From Escherichia coli (GTDB lineage Bacteria; Pseudomonadota; Gammaproteobacteria; Enterobacterales; Enterobacteriaceae): a stretch of DNA of 64,000 bases. A program made the position numbers and the translations under genes. This document shows positions 38,659 to 47,646 of the stretch, in pieces. Below the pieces are notes generated by a model that ran no database searches, was not told where the DNA came from, and saw nothing but the letters and a program-made list of their open reading frames with translations. The DNA lies in the NCBI RefSeq assembly GCF_965641715.1, contig NZ_OZ282453.1; one strand, given 5' to 3'. Every line of letters starts with the position of its first letter. Positions within the stretch are counted from its first letter, which is position 1.

Positions 38659-39954
38659 TTAATTTTTCATTGCTTCGTTATGGGGCATGGTTGGGGCAAA
38701 CTCGCTTAACTGTGTATTTAACAAAGCTACCTGTGCATTATTGTTTTCAGACATCCATTTTCCGTATACCTGAAATACCATTTGCGCATCTGCATGGCCC
38801 ATCTGGTTTGCTATAAATGCCGGGTTAGCACCAGCTGTCAGCGACCAGCAGGCATAAGTATGTCTCGACTGATATGATTTTCGATGGCGGAGTCCGGCAC
38901 GTTTTATCGCTGCGTCCCACATCTGCCTTATTGAGTCAACGGTAAAATGGTCACCATAATTTTTTACTCTCGCTGACACTTCAGGTTGAAAAACAAAGGT
39001 GCATTTTTGTTTTTCTGTTCTGCCATACTCTCTCAGGTGAACATCAATGATATGCTCTTTGCTCAGTCTCGTTAATGTCATCTGACTCCGGAGAGCGTCG
39101 ATTGCTGGCTTAATAAGATGAATGACCCGATTGGTTCCCGCCTGTGTTTTTGGTACCGTGAAACGGTCTTTTGCTAAATTTCTCCTGATCATCATTGTTC
39201 CATTTTTCAGATCTATGTCCTCCCATCCAAGTGCACACAGCTCACCAGGGCGAATGCCAGTATAAACAGAAACACACCATAAATTTTTTGCTTGCTGATT
39301 TCTGCACGCATCGATAAGACGGATAAATTCCTCCCGCGAAAGAGGATCCGGAATGGTTCTTGATTCCTTTAATGGCGAGATCCCCTTAAACGGATTATCT
39401 GCCAGGTAACCGTTATCAACACCAAACTGGAACACGGCGTTAAGATTTGTCATGTAATTATTTACAGTTACAGCCGATCTCCCTGGTTGTGTAACAATAT
39501 AGTTACTTTTGGGGATCTGGTATCCAGTCAGTAGCTCTTTACGAACCTCCAGTAATTTTTCTTTATTAATCGATGAGGCAAGATTTTTTTCACCGATTAT
39601 GCTCAGGATATTTTTGATGACGGCACGGTATGTGTTGAGTGATGTTTTGGCGACTTCAGTTTCTTTCAGTGCCAGAAATTTTTCAGCCAGTTCTTTTATG
39701 GTTAAATCTTGTCGGGCCTCACCAAATTTTTCCAGATTGCGTGAGGAGGGAAACTGTTTTGCATAGTCGAAAACACCAGTTTTTATTGCGTAACAAACAG
39801 AGGCGCGTAGTTCACCTGCAACGCGCCTGTTTTTTGCTGTGTCAGGAACCCCCAGATTTTCCCTGACTCTTACGCCTTTATAAACAAACCAGATACGTAA
39901 TTTCCCTCCATGGTTTTCCACGCCTGTCGGATATTTCATTTCAACTTCTCTCAT
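38659..39954 (-). CDS. intQ: prophage tyrosine integrase (P4-type), apparently intact
   Basis: 431-aa ORF with C-terminal tyrosine-recombinase catalytic region (R...HxxR...Y, e.g. SRHTYACWS and YGKW); first gene inside the prophage. Start may be Met6 (39939). Confidence 0.9.
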   Translation of the reverse strand: MREVEMKYPTGVENHGGKLRIWFVYKGVRVRENLGVPDTAKNRRVAGELRASVCYAIKTGVFDYAKQFPSSRNLEKFGEARQDLTIKELAEKFLALKETEVAKTSLNTYRAVIKNILSIIGEKNLASSINKEKLLEVRKELLTGYQIPKSNYIVTQPGRSAVTVNNYMTNLNAVFQFGVDNGYLADNPFKGISPLKESRTIPDPLSREEFIRLIDACRNQQAKNLWCVSVYTGIRPGELCALGWEDIDLKNGTMMIRRNLAKDRFTVPKTQAGTNRVIHLIKPAIDALRSQMTLTRLSKEHIIDVHLREYGRTEKQKCTFVFQPEVSARVKNYGDHFTVDSIRQMWDAAIKRAGLRHRKSYQSRHTYACWSLTAGANPAFIANQMGHADAQMVFQVYGKWMSENNNAQVALLNTQLSEFAPTMPHNEAMKN

Positions 39955-39973
39955 TAGTTAGTGTGGCTTTTAG

Positions 39974-40225
39974 TCAAGTAAGATGACGTCTTGGTCTCGC
40001 TGATGCCTGGCGCTCAATCCAGCGATCAATTTCTTCCAGGTTGTAAAAGCATGGACTGTTATCCCATGGCATACCGTCATGAGCGACATGCTTATATTCC
40101 CTTCCTTCCATAAACGATTTTTCCCGGGCCTTTTTTAACGTACCTTTTTTTATTCCTTTCAGCGCAATTAACTGCTCTTCGGATACCCATTTGCCGGGAG
40201 AGACAATCATGATTACTTCGCTCAT
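39974..40225 (-). CDS. excisionase-like small DNA-binding protein
   Basis: 83-aa basic ORF immediately upstream of int in the same orientation; classic Xis position. Confidence 0.65.
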   Translation of the reverse strand: MSEVIMIVSPGKWVSEEQLIALKGIKKGTLKKAREKSFMEGREYKHVAHDGMPWDNSPCFYNLEEIDRWIERQASARPRRHLT

Positions 40226-40297
40226 CGATTTCTTTATCTCTTACATCAGACGAGCGCCGGTTGCAGAATACCAGTCACAACCGGCGACAGTTGAACA

Positions 40298-42769
40298 TTA
40301 AGAATCAGCCTGACTCGGGATCAGTTTTTGCCAGATAACTGAAACGTATTTTGCCTGGTAACGGGCGTCATCAAGTGCATTATGGCGCTCACCTTCGAAT
40401 GGAATAGCCGTTCTGGCATCGAAATCTATGGCTTTCCCCAGCTCAACGATTGTGCGTACATCGCGATCGTTGTAGTAACGCCACGGGCAGGGGATCCCCT
40501 GCCGTTCGTATGAACGGCGCAAAATCGTGTTGTCGAAGTTGGCTCCATTTCCCCAAACCTGAACAAATAATTCACCGGAGTTTTCGTCGATAAATTCCCG
40601 CAATTGTAACAGTGCATCATCTAACGGGATTTCATCGGTCATAATGGCAGATTGTGCTTCGCGTGATTGCTTAAGCCACCATTTAATGGTGTCCCGATCA
40701 ATGACTCCGCCAGCAGTTTCCAGATCGATAGTCTTACTAAATTCCGGTCCTATATCTCCGGTTTGCGGATCGAAAAATATTGCACCTATTGAGATGATCG
40801 GTGCATCAGGATTTTTTCCCATGGTTTCAAGGTCGATCATTAGATGGTCACACGTCCTGCTGGTGGATGTGATTTCGTGATGACCGTTCACCTTAATTGA
40901 GTGATCTGCCGTCTCGCCAGTTTCATTATCGCTATTGTGATGCTGATTGCCGCCAGTGTTCTCCTTGTGTGGATGTTCAGCGCCTTCCATTTCCTCCGGA
41001 TCATCTTCCTGAACTTCAACCTGATACTCTTCATCGAATGTTTCTTGGTATGTTGCGTCGCCCATCACCGCGCCACAATCAGGGCAGTTGCCGCCGCCAG
41101 TCTGACCGCAGGCGGTGCAGACTTTTTCCACTTCCTGTTGCGCCACTGGTTCAGGCTGTTTCGTTTCTGGCTCGTTTTGTAACGCATTTGGGCTGTTTTG
41201 TTCCGCTTTTTGGTAGTTCCGTTCCGATTCATGCTGGTTCTGGTTCACAGAATCGCGGGTCTGGATCCCCTTAACCCATTTCGGATCATTCGGGTCACTA
41301 ATCCCTTCAACAAATTCACCATGTGATGCAGCAAGCAACTTATCGGCGTCAGGCTGGCTGATATTGGCTGCCTGCATAATTTTGTTTACTTCGTCAGCGG
41401 TAACTTTTATCGGCTCTGGTTGTTCTGAATCTTCAGCGGTATCTACATTTTGCGGTAAGCCCGTGTATGTGCCATTTTTTCGGGCAAAATATTCTTCTTT
41501 TGTGATTTCAGTGGCGCCAGCAGCCAGTGCCTTATCCAGACCAGAAAGTTTGTTTGCGCGACCGTATTTTTCTCCGTCCTTATCTGCGAAGAGGAAATAG
41601 AACGGCCCCTCACGCTCTACAGATGGTTCAGCTTCCGGCGCGGTTTCATTTTTTGGGATATCAGATACCTCAGTTTCCACTGCATCAGTTTGTGTTTCTG
41701 ATGACTGGAGAACATCAACAGTGCCCAGGTCTGTTTCTTCATTCTCAAACACGCCCTTTGTCGTCAGGTATTCGCAGATATATTTGTTCAGTGCTACGGG
41801 ATCTTTGTGAATGTCGATCGGACGCTCACGGACAAGGCCAAAAATAGTTTGGCGGTCGTAGCGAAGGGCATCAGGCTGTTTGCGCATTGATGCCGAGATA
41901 CGCTTCCAGTCTTCGCGGTCGTTGTCGATAACTTCTTTTTTTGCCCAGCGATGGATGCTGCCGTCAATGTTTCCGGCATCCACATCACCAGGCCAGAGAG
42001 CGTAGGCCAGTTCGTCATCCAGTGTTTTCCATGTCTGCTTGTATTCGCGATGAATGGCAGCAATGACCGGGCTGATTTTTCCTGTTGAATTTTCAGTGTA
42101 CTGTTGATTGGCTCTGGCGCGGGCGAGATCAACAACAGACGTGTATTTTCCGGTTTCCTTGCGTTCACCTTCGCGACGTTTTTTCCAGATGCGCATCTCT
42201 GCCTGAATTTCGGGCCATTTAGCACCAGGAATACATTTATGCTTAACCCACCCAATGGCGTGCAACTTAAGCTCCGGATACATGGCGTTAACTTCTGGCA
42301 TTTTCATCAACGCTTCAACGATATGTCCGTCGAATGTTGCCATGTCTTCCTGCAACAATTCCTGTGCGCTAATAACCATATCAACGGTGATGTTTTCACA
42401 TGTGTCGAACTTAACCATGACAGCGTTCTGTACTTCAGGGGCCAGCTTGTCAAAAGTGACGTTCATCGGATCGGATTCAGTCTCAACCGGGACAAAAGAA
42501 GCTGACTCCTCATCCCAGCGGTTTTCCTGCATATATTCAGCATCCCATGAATCGAGGGCAGGGCGGGGTATGCCAGGTTTATCCTCGCAGACAATAAATT
42601 TATAAGCGCAGTCCTGAGCAGCCGGATAATGTTCCAGGAACTGCCAGTGAAATTTTGCTCGAGCACGGCGTTCGTCGCCAGCTTCAATGGCTGTGGCTAC
42701 AGCCACAGCGCCTTCTTCCCTTGTTGCCAGTTCGTCAGGAATAGCGGCGCAAATAAAGACTTTACTCAT
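40298..42769 (-). CDS. large prophage early-left protein with C-terminal DEDDh (DnaQ-like) 3'-5' exonuclease domain; full-length counterpart of K-12 ydfE-region pseudogene
   Basis: 823-aa ORF; C-terminal roughly 180 aa carry exonuclease motifs (MIDLETMG, WGNGANFD, HNALDDA); central acidic region and CxxC...CxxC zinc-ribbon-like motif (CTACG...CPDCG); occupies the exo/recombination slot between xis and the dicB operon. Confidence 0.7.
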   Translation of the reverse strand: MSKVFICAAIPDELATREEGAVAVATAIEAGDERRARAKFHWQFLEHYPAAQDCAYKFIVCEDKPGIPRPALDSWDAEYMQENRWDEESASFVPVETESDPMNVTFDKLAPEVQNAVMVKFDTCENITVDMVISAQELLQEDMATFDGHIVEALMKMPEVNAMYPELKLHAIGWVKHKCIPGAKWPEIQAEMRIWKKRREGERKETGKYTSVVDLARARANQQYTENSTGKISPVIAAIHREYKQTWKTLDDELAYALWPGDVDAGNIDGSIHRWAKKEVIDNDREDWKRISASMRKQPDALRYDRQTIFGLVRERPIDIHKDPVALNKYICEYLTTKGVFENEETDLGTVDVLQSSETQTDAVETEVSDIPKNETAPEAEPSVEREGPFYFLFADKDGEKYGRANKLSGLDKALAAGATEITKEEYFARKNGTYTGLPQNVDTAEDSEQPEPIKVTADEVNKIMQAANISQPDADKLLAASHGEFVEGISDPNDPKWVKGIQTRDSVNQNQHESERNYQKAEQNSPNALQNEPETKQPEPVAQQEVEKVCTACGQTGGGNCPDCGAVMGDATYQETFDEEYQVEVQEDDPEEMEGAEHPHKENTGGNQHHNSDNETGETADHSIKVNGHHEITSTSRTCDHLMIDLETMGKNPDAPIISIGAIFFDPQTGDIGPEFSKTIDLETAGGVIDRDTIKWWLKQSREAQSAIMTDEIPLDDALLQLREFIDENSGELFVQVWGNGANFDNTILRRSYERQGIPCPWRYYNDRDVRTIVELGKAIDFDARTAIPFEGERHNALDDARYQAKYVSVIWQKLIPSQADS

Positions 42770-42862
42770 TTTGTTTTAACCTCATGACAGATTTAAGGAT
42801 GAACAAATCCCTGCCATTGCTGGCATATAAGAATGAAACCGGATATTTATTACGGAACTGTT

Positions 42863-43054
42863 TTAAAGACCTGCCGGGATTTCGATATTATCCTGGTGAA
42901 TAACTTTATCGACCGGGTAACAGTTACCGGGAATTTTCTGTTCGGTTGCTGCAGTCATACACTCCTGCATTGTCCTGTGAACACTGTCTGCAATATCAAC
43001 TGGCTCTCCGGAAACAAGAAAAGCTGTCAGAACAAGCGCAAATGCTGAATTCAT
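42863..43054 (-). CDS. ydfD: small secreted/membrane protein YdfD-like (dicB operon)
   Basis: ORF trimmed to MNSAFALVLTAFLVSGEPVD... (63 aa); start ATG overlaps the dicB stop as ATGA. Confidence 0.75.
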   Translation of the reverse strand: MNSAFALVLTAFLVSGEPVDIADSVHRTMQECMTAATEQKIPGNCYPVDKVIHQDNIEIPAGL

Positions 43055-43239
43055 TGTGTACATCCTTTTGGCATCAGACGTAAACGAGCCAGCATTGAAA
43101 CAATGCATATTTTATTTAATAGCTCCCGTTCTTGTTTTCTCTTGTTAATGGCATCTTCAGTAAATACAGGGTTACTGATAGTGACACCAATTTCAAAACA
43201 ACCTTCAGACGTATTAACGTTTGGTAATAACGTTTTCAT
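43051..43239 (-). CDS. dicB: cell division inhibitor DicB
   Basis: Internal Met of ORF 43051..43344 gives 62 aa, MKTLLPNVNTSEGCFEIGVTISNPVFTEDAINKRKQERELLNKICIVSMLARLRLMPKG..., matching recalled DicB. Confidence 0.88.
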   Translation of the reverse strand: MKTLLPNVNTSEGCFEIGVTISNPVFTEDAINKRKQERELLNKICIVSMLARLRLMPKGCTQ

Positions 43240-43413
43240 TATCGCGTCCTCAACAATGAATTTTGTGATGCAGTGCCTGGTGCCTCCAGGTGACGTTAAC
43301 CAGTTAACAATTAACGCCGGATACAGAGAATCCACCCATAACACTGTTTTTGGTTTTAACTGTTCCGCGTGCGCTTAGCCGCATTCACCGCATCACAAAA
43401 TTCACTTTAAAAA

Positions 43414-43466
43414 CGGCGGCAGAGCAGTCACGGAGTAAAACTGATACCGCCAAACGTCACCAGAAA
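43414..43466 (-). ncRNA. dicF: DicF small regulatory RNA (ftsZ-targeting)
   Basis: Reverse complement reads tttctggtgacgtttggcggtatcagttttactccgtgactgctctgccgcc, essentially identical to recalled 53-nt DicF, followed by a T-run; lies just upstream of dicB. Confidence 0.85.
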
Positions 43467-43910
43467 ATTGATAACAGAGGGCGTTGCAGCGGGGTTGTCA
43501 CTTAAGCGTATGGTCAACCTGACAACTCGGTGTCCTCAACGGGGAAGGAATAACCCCGCCATACTTACCGCCGCGCCATTTCGCGGGTTGCCACAACCGG
43601 AAGCGCACGGTCGAATTAAATTTAACGACACCGTACAGTGAGACGAACTTCGCCGTGCGCTTTCGTGTTGTGTGCCTGCTTTTAACCACGTCAGGCGAGG
43701 TGGTATCCTTCTTATCCAGAATAACCAAGAAGGAAATCTATATGACTAAAGAAGAATTTGTCTCTTATATTTTTGATAAAACGGTTGAAATGTATGCCGC
43801 TACTTACGGGTCCTGTAATCCTCTGAATAAACCAGAGGGGAAAGATGATTTCGACAAAATTTACCGCTTCTTGGAGGACCGCTATATCAAAAGGTTAGAG
43901 GACGCAGGGA

Positions 43911-44288
43911 TCAAATCCCCAGTGAAGTCACCATTGTCCTGAGAACTTGCAGGACGTCATGATCGTAACTTCCATCCAAACCGCGACGGCAAATTGCTTC
44001 TCGTATTACCGGAAGCAGTTCGCTGGAAATCTCGGTGCATATTTCACCTGATAATACGCCTGGCTCAAGTGAGAATATTGGTGAACTTACGGTCTTGGTC
44101 TCGACAGTTTCAGAGTCAGTGCCAACATTATAAAGCTCAACGAAAGCGGTCTTGATTTTCCGGGCCAGATCTTTTGCTGGCTCGCTTGCAATATCTTTCC
44201 CGATTTCTCGCAGCACAGAATGCAATGTATGAGCTGCTGTTTTCTGTACATCAGACGGTAAATCTTTAAATTCCATCGTCAGCCTCAT
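43911..44288 (-). CDS. hypothetical protein in the ydfB/ydfC position of the dicB operon
   Basis: 125-aa ORF whose start overlaps the ydfA stop (ATGA); K-12 has two short genes (ydfB, ydfC) here. Confidence 0.5.
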   Translation of the reverse strand: MRLTMEFKDLPSDVQKTAAHTLHSVLREIGKDIASEPAKDLARKIKTAFVELYNVGTDSETVETKTVSSPIFSLEPGVLSGEICTEISSELLPVIREAICRRGLDGSYDHDVLQVLRTMVTSLGI

Positions 44289-44440
44289 CAGTCAGTGTTT
44301 CTGGCTAACCAGCAACGCGCGCCAGATTCGGTTTTAAACGTTTTGCTTTTGGTATATGTCATCGCGGTGAACGTACCGTCCTGGTTGGGGAACACGCCAC
44401 ATACCAGAGATTCGCTGTTGCCAAGATCGATAGTATCCAT
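44288..44440 (-). CDS. ydfA: DUF1391 small protein YdfA-like
   Basis: Internal Met of ORF 44288..44596 gives 50 aa, MDTIDLGNSESLVCGVFPNQDGTFTAMTYTKSKTFKTESGARCWLARNTD; first gene of the early-left operon. Confidence 0.7.
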   Translation of the reverse strand: MDTIDLGNSESLVCGVFPNQDGTFTAMTYTKSKTFKTESGARCWLARNTD

Positions 44441-44632
44441 GCTGACCTCATTTCCCCTTAACGCCGGGGTAGCGGAACTGTTTGCTGAGAACACCGTGCG
44501 GTGTCTTGATGGAAGTAATTTAGTTTTCTCATTATTTTTCGTCAAGGTTTTTTTATGAGAAAACTCAAGTATTGGCGCAAGATAAAGCCAATACATTGAA
44601 ATGTAAGGCTTTAAAATTTTGTGAAGGGATGA

Positions 44633-45040
44633 TTATTGATGCTTGTTGCGTTTGCGAGCCTCTAATAGCTCGGTGAACAGGCGATTAAAATTCTCAACGC
44701 GGGCGCGGAGTTCGCTGAGTTGTGCTTGTTGCTCTGATTTAGGAAGTGCGCGATACAAACGCAGCATCTCTAACTCATCTTCCGATAAGTCTAAGGCACT
44801 ATCGAGTGAAACAGGGGGAGCTGGTGTTTTGTCCTCGTCGCCAAACAGTATCCAGGTTGGTGAACATTGCAATACCTCGGCGAGGCGATGCAAATTTTGC
44901 CCGCGCGGGGCTGTATGGTCACTTTCCCATAATGAAATTGATGAGCCAGATACGCCAGCAGCTTTGCTTAAACCGTTTTGACTTAAGCCTACCTGCTTAC
45001 GTCTTTCTCTAATGCGTTGACCTAAAGTTTTCTCGTTCAT
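44633..45040 (-). CDS. dicA: prophage repressor, DicA-like (XRE-family HTH)
   Basis: ORF trimmed to MNEKTLGQRIRERRK... (135 aa); HTH QNGLSKAAGVSGSSISLWE; C-terminal half ...LQCSPTWILFGDEDK... matches recalled DicA closely. Confidence 0.85.
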   Translation of the reverse strand: MNEKTLGQRIRERRKQVGLSQNGLSKAAGVSGSSISLWESDHTAPRGQNLHRLAEVLQCSPTWILFGDEDKTPAPPVSLDSALDLSEDELEMLRLYRALPKSEQQAQLSELRARVENFNRLFTELLEARKRNKHQ

Positions 45041-45117
45041 ATTTAGATATCTTAATAACCCTTGACTTGAGATTCCTTGAGTGATTAGCATTGAGAAAAC
45101 TCAATATTGGAGGTGCG
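45041..45117. promoter_or_regulatory. divergent immunity promoter/operator region between dicA-like and dicC-like genes
   Basis: 77-bp intergenic region with perfect palindrome attgag-aaaa-ctcaat (about 45090..45105) and repeated cttgag elements, SD ggagg for the rightward gene. Confidence 0.5.
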
Positions 45118-45345
45118 ATGTTTAAATCAGACGTAATTAATTTTTACGGTACGAAAGCCAAAGTAGCGAAAGCTGCTGGCGTTGACCCATCTGCTGTTTC
45201 TCAATGGCAAGAGCTGGTTCCTGAAGGTCGCGCGATGCGTCTACAGGAGGCATCTGGCGGCGAGCTTCTGTATGATCCCAAGGTTTATGACGAATATCGT
45301 AAGACGAAGCGGGCGGGGCGGTTGAACAATGAAAATCACTCCTGA
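45118..45345 (+). CDS. dicC: Cro-like regulator, DicC-like
   Basis: 75-aa ORF from ATG 45118 (six-frame ORF began at an upstream TTG) with strong SD ggagg; divergent from the repressor. Confidence 0.8.
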   Translation: MFKSDVINFYGTKAKVAKAAGVDPSAVSQWQELVPEGRAMRLQEASGGELLYDPKVYDEYRKTKRAGRLNNENHS

Positions 45346-45850
45346 ACAGGCTCGTGAGGCTCTGGATGCCTGGATATGTCGACCAGGAATGACACAGGAG
45401 CAGGCGACGATATTAATCACTGAAGCATTCTGGGCTTTGAAAGAGCGCCCGAACATCGATGTTCAGCGTGTCACAGATGAAGGTGGCGCGGTTGATCAGC
45501 GAGCGCTTGGCGTTAATCGAGTGAAGATATTCGAACGCTGGAAGGCTATCGACACTAGGGATAAGCGTGAAAAGTTCACGGCGCTAGTGCCTGCAATTAT
45601 GGAGGCTATCCGGATTAATGATTTCAGGTTGTATCGTGAAATTAGTGACGGAAAAAGCATCACGTACATGATCGCCGGGTTAAACAAAGAATATGGCGAT
45701 GTGGTGGAGTCCGGACTGCTTTTTGCTGATCCTGCCGTAGTGGATCGTGAAACTGACGAACTTATAGAAAAAGCAATTGCTTTCAAACTTGCGTATCGAC
45801 AGCAATACCAACAAAAAGCTGGATGGAATTATGAGCCTTCTTTTTGCTGA
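45329..45850 (+). CDS. YdaT-like prophage early protein
   Basis: 173-aa ORF directly after the cro-like gene, the position YdaT occupies in Rac-type prophages; weak recalled similarity only. Confidence 0.55.
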   Translation: MKITPEQAREALDAWICRPGMTQEQATILITEAFWALKERPNIDVQRVTDEGGAVDQRALGVNRVKIFERWKAIDTRDKREKFTALVPAIMEAIRINDFRLYREISDGKSITYMIAGLNKEYGDVVESGLLFADPAVVDRETDELIEKAIAFKLAYRQQYQQKAGWNYEPSFC

Positions 45851-46796
45851 ACGCCCACTGGTTATAAACACACAGCTTGCGATGAAGATTGGCTTAAATG
45901 AAGCCATTGTGTTGCAGCAGTTGCATTACTGGTTGAGAGATACCAATTCCGGCATGGAATGTGATGGTGTTCGCTGGATTTACAACACAACGGAACAATG
46001 GCTGGAACAGTTCCCATTCTGGTCAGAGTCAACGTTAAAGCGCGCGTTTGCAAGTCTGAAAACGCTGGGGCTTTTGCGTTGTGAAAAGCTCAATAAATCA
46101 AAGCGCGATATGACCAATTTCTACACGATCAACTACGGGAGCGAGCTTTTAGATGGTGGCAAATTGAGCGAATCCATCGGTTTAAAATGCGCCGCTCCAT
46201 CAGGTCAAAATGACACGATGGAAGAGGTCAAAATGAAACGCTCCATTGGTTCAAAACGACCCAATGTCATCGGGTCAAAATGGCCTGATGATCTTACAGA
46301 GAATACAACAGAGATTACTACAGAGAATAAAAACACTTTTCGTCCGGAAGCTTCGCAACCGGACCCGCAGACCGCTGAACAGGATTTTTTAACCCGGAAC
46401 CCCGACGCGGTTGTGTTTAGTGCGAAAAAACGCCAGTGGGGTAGCAGGGAGGATTTGGCGTGTGCGCAGTGGATTTGGGGGCGGATCGTGAACCTTTACG
46501 AACAGGCTGCCAGCGACGATGGAGAGATCATGCGACCAAAAGAGCCTAACTGGACAGCCTGGGCCAATGACGTGCGCACAATGCGGATGCTGGATGGCAG
46601 AAGCCACAGACAAATTTGCGAAATGTTTGGTCGGGTACAGCGAGATCAATTCTGGGTAAAAAACATCATGAGCCCGTCAAAACTCCGCGAAAAATGGGAC
46701 GAACTGGTCATCCGCCTGGGACGTTCACCTGTACAGCGTTGTATGAATCATATTTCTGAACCGGATACAGAAATTCCGCCTGGTTTCAGAGGATAA
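45831..46796 (+). CDS. phage replication initiation protein (O-like / DNA-binding replication protein)
   Basis: ORF 45777..46796 trimmed to ATG at 45831 (MSLLFAERPLVINTQLAMKIGLNEAIVLQQLHYWL...), overlapping the upstream stop; N-terminal HTH-like segment; position after cro/ydaT. Confidence 0.6.
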   Translation: MSLLFAERPLVINTQLAMKIGLNEAIVLQQLHYWLRDTNSGMECDGVRWIYNTTEQWLEQFPFWSESTLKRAFASLKTLGLLRCEKLNKSKRDMTNFYTINYGSELLDGGKLSESIGLKCAAPSGQNDTMEEVKMKRSIGSKRPNVIGSKWPDDLTENTTEITTENKNTFRPEASQPDPQTAEQDFLTRNPDAVVFSAKKRQWGSREDLACAQWIWGRIVNLYEQAASDDGEIMRPKEPNWTAWANDVRTMRMLDGRSHRQICEMFGRVQRDQFWVKNIMSPSKLREKWDELVIRLGRSPVQRCMNHISEPDTEIPPGFRG

Positions 46797-46836
46797 GTTT
46801 TGATTTCAGGTCATGAGGTAATTTTAAGGGGGACTT

Positions 46837-47238
46837 GTGGCAAAAGTTTTTACACAAGAAGAGCGGGAAAAAATTAAAGGGCAGGTGGTGGAACTCGTGC
46901 GCCAGAGCGGTCGTGAGACGTTACGGCAACTGGAAGCTAAAACAGGTGCGACTAGATATCTGATGAGCGTTCTTGCCAGAGAGCTGGTAGCCAGTGGCGA
47001 TGTATACAACTCCGGCTACGGGTTATTCCCGTCTGAACAGGCGCGTAAGGACTGGCAAAACGCCCGCAAAAAACTATCGAGGGCAAAGGTGAAGAAAACA
47101 GCTGTGGTTGATCCGGACCTTATCTGGTCGTTACCTGATGGAGAAATACGTCGCTACGACAGTCGCCTAAACATAATCTGTCGCGAGTGCCGGATGAGTG
47201 AAGTTATGCAGCGCATACTGGCATTTTATCAGGGATAA
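46837..47238 (+). CDS. hypothetical protein, possible winged-helix DNA-binding protein
   Basis: 133-aa ORF with GTG start preceded by strong SD (taaggggg); segment TLRQLEAKTGATRYLMSVLARELVASGDVY resembles a wHTH. Confidence 0.5.
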   Translation: MAKVFTQEEREKIKGQVVELVRQSGRETLRQLEAKTGATRYLMSVLARELVASGDVYNSGYGLFPSEQARKDWQNARKKLSRAKVKKTAVVDPDLIWSLPDGEIRRYDSRLNIICRECRMSEVMQRILAFYQG

Positions 47239-47611
47239 TGTTAGGTATTTTAGACGTTACTAGATTAAAAAGCATTAGTTCAGGAGTGAATTGACATTCT
47301 CATTTTTCATGGCACAGGGTAGATCTGGCGTGGTTGTCCGCTTTGTGCCAAGAGCGGACGTTGGTATGCAAGAGCCCTCCAAAAGTTGATGGTTGGTTTG
47401 CAGGGGGGCTTAAAGAAACTGCACTTATCAAGTTGAAGTTCTGTATTCAGCGAAATCGTAGCACTCTGACGATAAGTAACTCCGGTACTCCGCTCTTCGA
47501 TGAAGAACCAGAGTAATCCCCCCGAAAAACCAGCGCATCAAAATTGGATCTTCAGCGGTAGCTTATCGGCTATCGGAAGTACAGGTGTGGATTCGTGGTG
47601 AATTGCTTTGA

Positions 47612-47646
47612 TAATAAACGATTAATACGGAAAAACGTATTAATCA
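47612..47646 (-). terminator. hairpin terminator downstream of the 449-aa orphan gene
   Basis: Perfect inverted repeat attaatacg-gaaaaa-cgtattaat about 30 nt past the stop, followed on the transcribed strand by a U-rich stretch. Confidence 0.5.

Noticed and set aside
41794-42255. 153-aa ORF inside the 823-aa exonuclease gene
   Set aside because: Shadow ORF in an alternative frame of a longer, better-supported gene; no independent RBS.
43498-43728. 76-aa minus-strand ORF immediately upstream of DicF
   Set aside because: Lies in what should be the processed, untranslated DicF precursor; basic low-complexity sequence, no RBS seen; not called as a gene.
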